Below are positions 61,589 to 64,000 of a stretch of DNA of 64,000 bases, in pieces. Below the pieces are notes generated by a model, which worked only from the letters and a program-made list of their open reading frames with translations, had not been told where the DNA came from and ran no database searches. Positions within the stretch are counted from its first letter, which is position 1. Each line of letters opens with the position of its first letter. The translations under genes were made by a program, and so were the position numbers. This DNA is from Lama guanicoe. Taxonomy: Eukaryota. The DNA is taken from assembly GCA_013239625.1 (NCBI GenBank), contig MU054117.1, positions 5,111,514 to 5,175,513 of the forward strand. The letters run 5' to 3'.

Positions 61589-62249
61589 TTGGCATCTTCA
61601 ATCCATGTGATTAATGAAGAACTTTTTGTCCTTGGAGACAAGGTCAGGCCACTCATGGATCCTTTCACTGGGAGCTTATGTCTAAAGACAAATTGATACC
61701 CCGCTGTCTCTTCTCTCCCCTCATCTCCAATTCTCACTTAACACCTTCTGAGCCTGCTTCTAGGTCCTTTGAATTATGTTTTTCATTAATCAAGGGGCGC
61801 AAAGGGGCAGAAGCAGGCAGGAGGGGCAGTCCTCAAAGCTGTGATGGGGGATGGAAGCAGAGCAGAGGGAGAACGCGGGTGTGAGTGCACCCGGTACACA
61901 GGCTCATTTTCAGGGTTTGGATTTTTATTTTTCCTTTTATTTTTGAAATTCCCCTCGGTGCTGCCACCTGCTGTCCCGCATGGGGAAGGGCCCAGTGGGG
62001 GTGCCTGGGCTTTCCAGATGGGGGAGGCTTTCCTGCAGCCTCGATGGGACCCAGCATTTAGAGAGGAGCTTGCTCTCTCTTGGAATCCGAACAGCCACGG
62101 GGGCAGGCTCCTGTCTTCACACAGATTGTCCTTCACGTCGGGGTTTCCGCGACCAGTGTCAGGCAAGGAGAGAGATATAGGAGAGAGGTGGCGATCGGAG
62201 GGGCTGAGGAGGCCTAAGTCAGTGGGGCTGGGATTCTGGGCTTCTGTCC

Positions 62250-62390
62250 TTTATTTTATTTATTTGGTGATTTTATTTTGGGAGGGGGAGGTAATAAGAT
62301 TTATTTATTTTTGGACGGGGTACTGGGGATTGAACCCAGGACCTCCTGCGTGCTAAGCATGTGCTCCACCACTTGAGCTACACCCTCCTC
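62250..62390 (-). mobile_element. tRNA-derived SINE (Vic-1-like)
   Basis: GTACTGGGGATTGAACCCAGGACCTC...CACTTGAGCTACACCC. Confidence 0.8.
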
Positions 62391-62895
62391 TCCCGGGCTC
62401 CTGTTCTTAGACAGACAGAGGACTTAGGGGTAAGAGTGGCTCTGCTGGAGATGGGTCTGTCCTGCCTGCTCCCCTACCCCCAAGACAGCTCAGGTTGTGA
62501 CCTTGGCTTCCATAGGTTAAGGGTACTTAGGGAGGGGCTGGGTCAACCCCAAAGGCGGGTCAGCCACTAGCCTCGCCCCTCTTGTCCTCCTTCCCTACTT
62601 TGTCAGCTATCTGTCTAAAATGTCAGCTGATCCTGCCCCTCCCCAGCTTAAAGCCTTTCGGTGACTTTGCCCTCTGTCCACACAGTGAAGCCCAAGACAA
62701 TTGATCCTCGGGGCAGGTTCTTCATTCATTACTGGGGCTCTGTTCACCATGCTCTGTGCTGTGTCCTCCCCTCATATGTGTTCCAGCTACACTGACGATC
62801 TTATAGCTTCCCAAACACACATGTGCTCATGTGATTCCTTGGCCAATTCCAGGTTCTTCAGTATCAGAGACAAAAAGGTAGCATAGCACAGTGGT

Positions 62896-63028
62896 GGAGA
62901 GAGGGTATAACTCAAGTGGTAGAGCACATGCTTAGCATGTATGAGGTCCTGGGTTCAATCCCCAGTACCTCCTCTAAGAATAAATAAGTATGTAAACCTA
63001 ATTACTCCTCCCACCAAGAAAAAAAAAA
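62896..63028 (+). mobile_element. tRNA-derived SINE (Vic-1-like)
   Basis: GGGTATAACTCAAGTGGTAGAGCAC...GGTTCAATCCCCAGTACC...poly(A). Confidence 0.8.
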
Positions 63029-63065
63029 GATCAGTATAGCATAGTGGTTAAAGGGGTGGGGTCCT

Positions 63066-63187
63066 GGGGGAGGGAATAGCTCAGTGGTAGAGCGCATGTT
63101 TAGCATGCACGAGGTCCTGGGTTCAATCCCCAGTACATTCATTAAAAATAAATAAACCTAATTGCCTTCCCCACAAACAAACAAAAA
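63066..63187 (+). mobile_element. tRNA-derived SINE (Vic-1-like)
   Basis: GGGAATAGCTCAGTGGTAGAGCGC...GGTTCAATCCCCAGTAC; approximate TSD AAGGG(G)TGGG(G/C)TCCT. Confidence 0.8.
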
Positions 63188-63753
63188 AGGGTGGGCTCCT
63201 AATCCAGATTCAGCAGGTTCAAATCCAGGCACTGCCAATTTAGAAGCTTTGTGACTGTGGCCAGTTTATATGTAATTTCTCTATGGCTCCAAATAGCCTC
63301 ATCTGTAGAAGAAGGGTACCCATCCTCATAAGGTGGAGGGGAGGATGAAATGAATTAATAACTAAAATTCCTTGGCAAAGTACCTGGCATTTGATAAACA
63401 ATAAATATCACTATTTGCTTAGAGACGCAGGAGAGCAAAATGGTTTCAACTGGGAGCAATTTTGTTCCCCAGGGGATATTTGATAATATCGGAGATTTTT
63501 GGTTTTCCCAGCTGGGGGCATGCTACTGGCATCCAGTGGACAGAGGACAGGGGTGCTGTTAAGTATTCTGCACTGCACAAGGCAGGACTTCCTGCAACAA
63601 ACAATTATCTGACCCCGAAAGTCAATAGCGCTGAGGTCCAGGAAGCCTGGGTCAGATGGTCAGGCTCCTCTAGAGACGGTCTGTTTAGGTTCACATCCTG
63701 CCTCTGCCTTTTGACCTCTGGCAAGTTACTTCAATGCTCTGTTTCTTACTTTC

Positions 63754-64000
63754 TGTGATGGTTAATTTTATGCATCAACTTGACTAGGCCAAGAGATGCC
63801 TGGAGAACCGGTTCAACGTTATTCTTGGTGTGTCTGTGAGAGTGTTTCTGGACGAGATTAGTACTTGAATTGGTGGGCTGAGTACAGCCGATGGCCCTAC
63901 CGGCTGGGTGGGCATCACTGAATCCACGGAGGGCCTGAATAGAACCGAAAGCAGAGGAAGGGAGGACTAACAAAGAAACTTCTGGCTCCAGCATCGCCAT
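63754..64000 (+). mobile_element. MLT2-type LTR (runs off window end)
   Basis: Starts TGTGATGGTTAATTTTATGCATCAACTTGACTAGGCC. Confidence 0.75.

Noticed and set aside
63066..63140. tRNA-like sequence with A and B boxes (also the other copies)
   Set aside because: SINE heads followed by a shared tail, A-rich end and TSDs; not tRNA genes
1..64000. Prokaryotic-type systems (CRISPR, operons, defence islands) or rodent-style duplicated functional C1r/C1s genes
   Set aside because: Sequence is mammalian; no repeat-spacer arrays; only one intact copy each of C1S and C1R within this window

Overview
Mammalian genomic DNA, probably camelid judging by a tRNA-derived Vic-1-type SINE present in about 11 copies. 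The window holds the classical-complement serine protease cluster. C1S (+) has 11 coding exons plus a non-coding exon 1 and encodes 689 aa, or 695 aa from an upstream ATG. It lies tail-to-tail with C1R (-, 11 exons, 707 aa), followed by C1RL (-, 6 exons). The first ~0.5 kb is a CpG-island promoter facing left, probably LPCAT3 by synteny, with a DR4/LXRE-like site. The intergenic DNA holds a decayed ERVL provirus with nested LTRs, a NOP56 retrocopy fragment fused to L1 sequence, a truncated L1 with TSD, and other repeats. I found no wholly new biological system. The most notable observations are: Lys instead of Arg at the C1s activation site; a lost canonical splice acceptor at C1RL exon 2 with possible frame-restoring alternatives; fossil duplicates of a C1RL CUB exon and of C1R/C1RL promoters upstream of C1RL; and a near-identical tract shared by the C1R and C1RL protease exons, suggesting gene conversion. 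Exon boundaries were read by hand from GT/AG sites and reading frame. Repeat family names are from pattern recognition, not from a database search.
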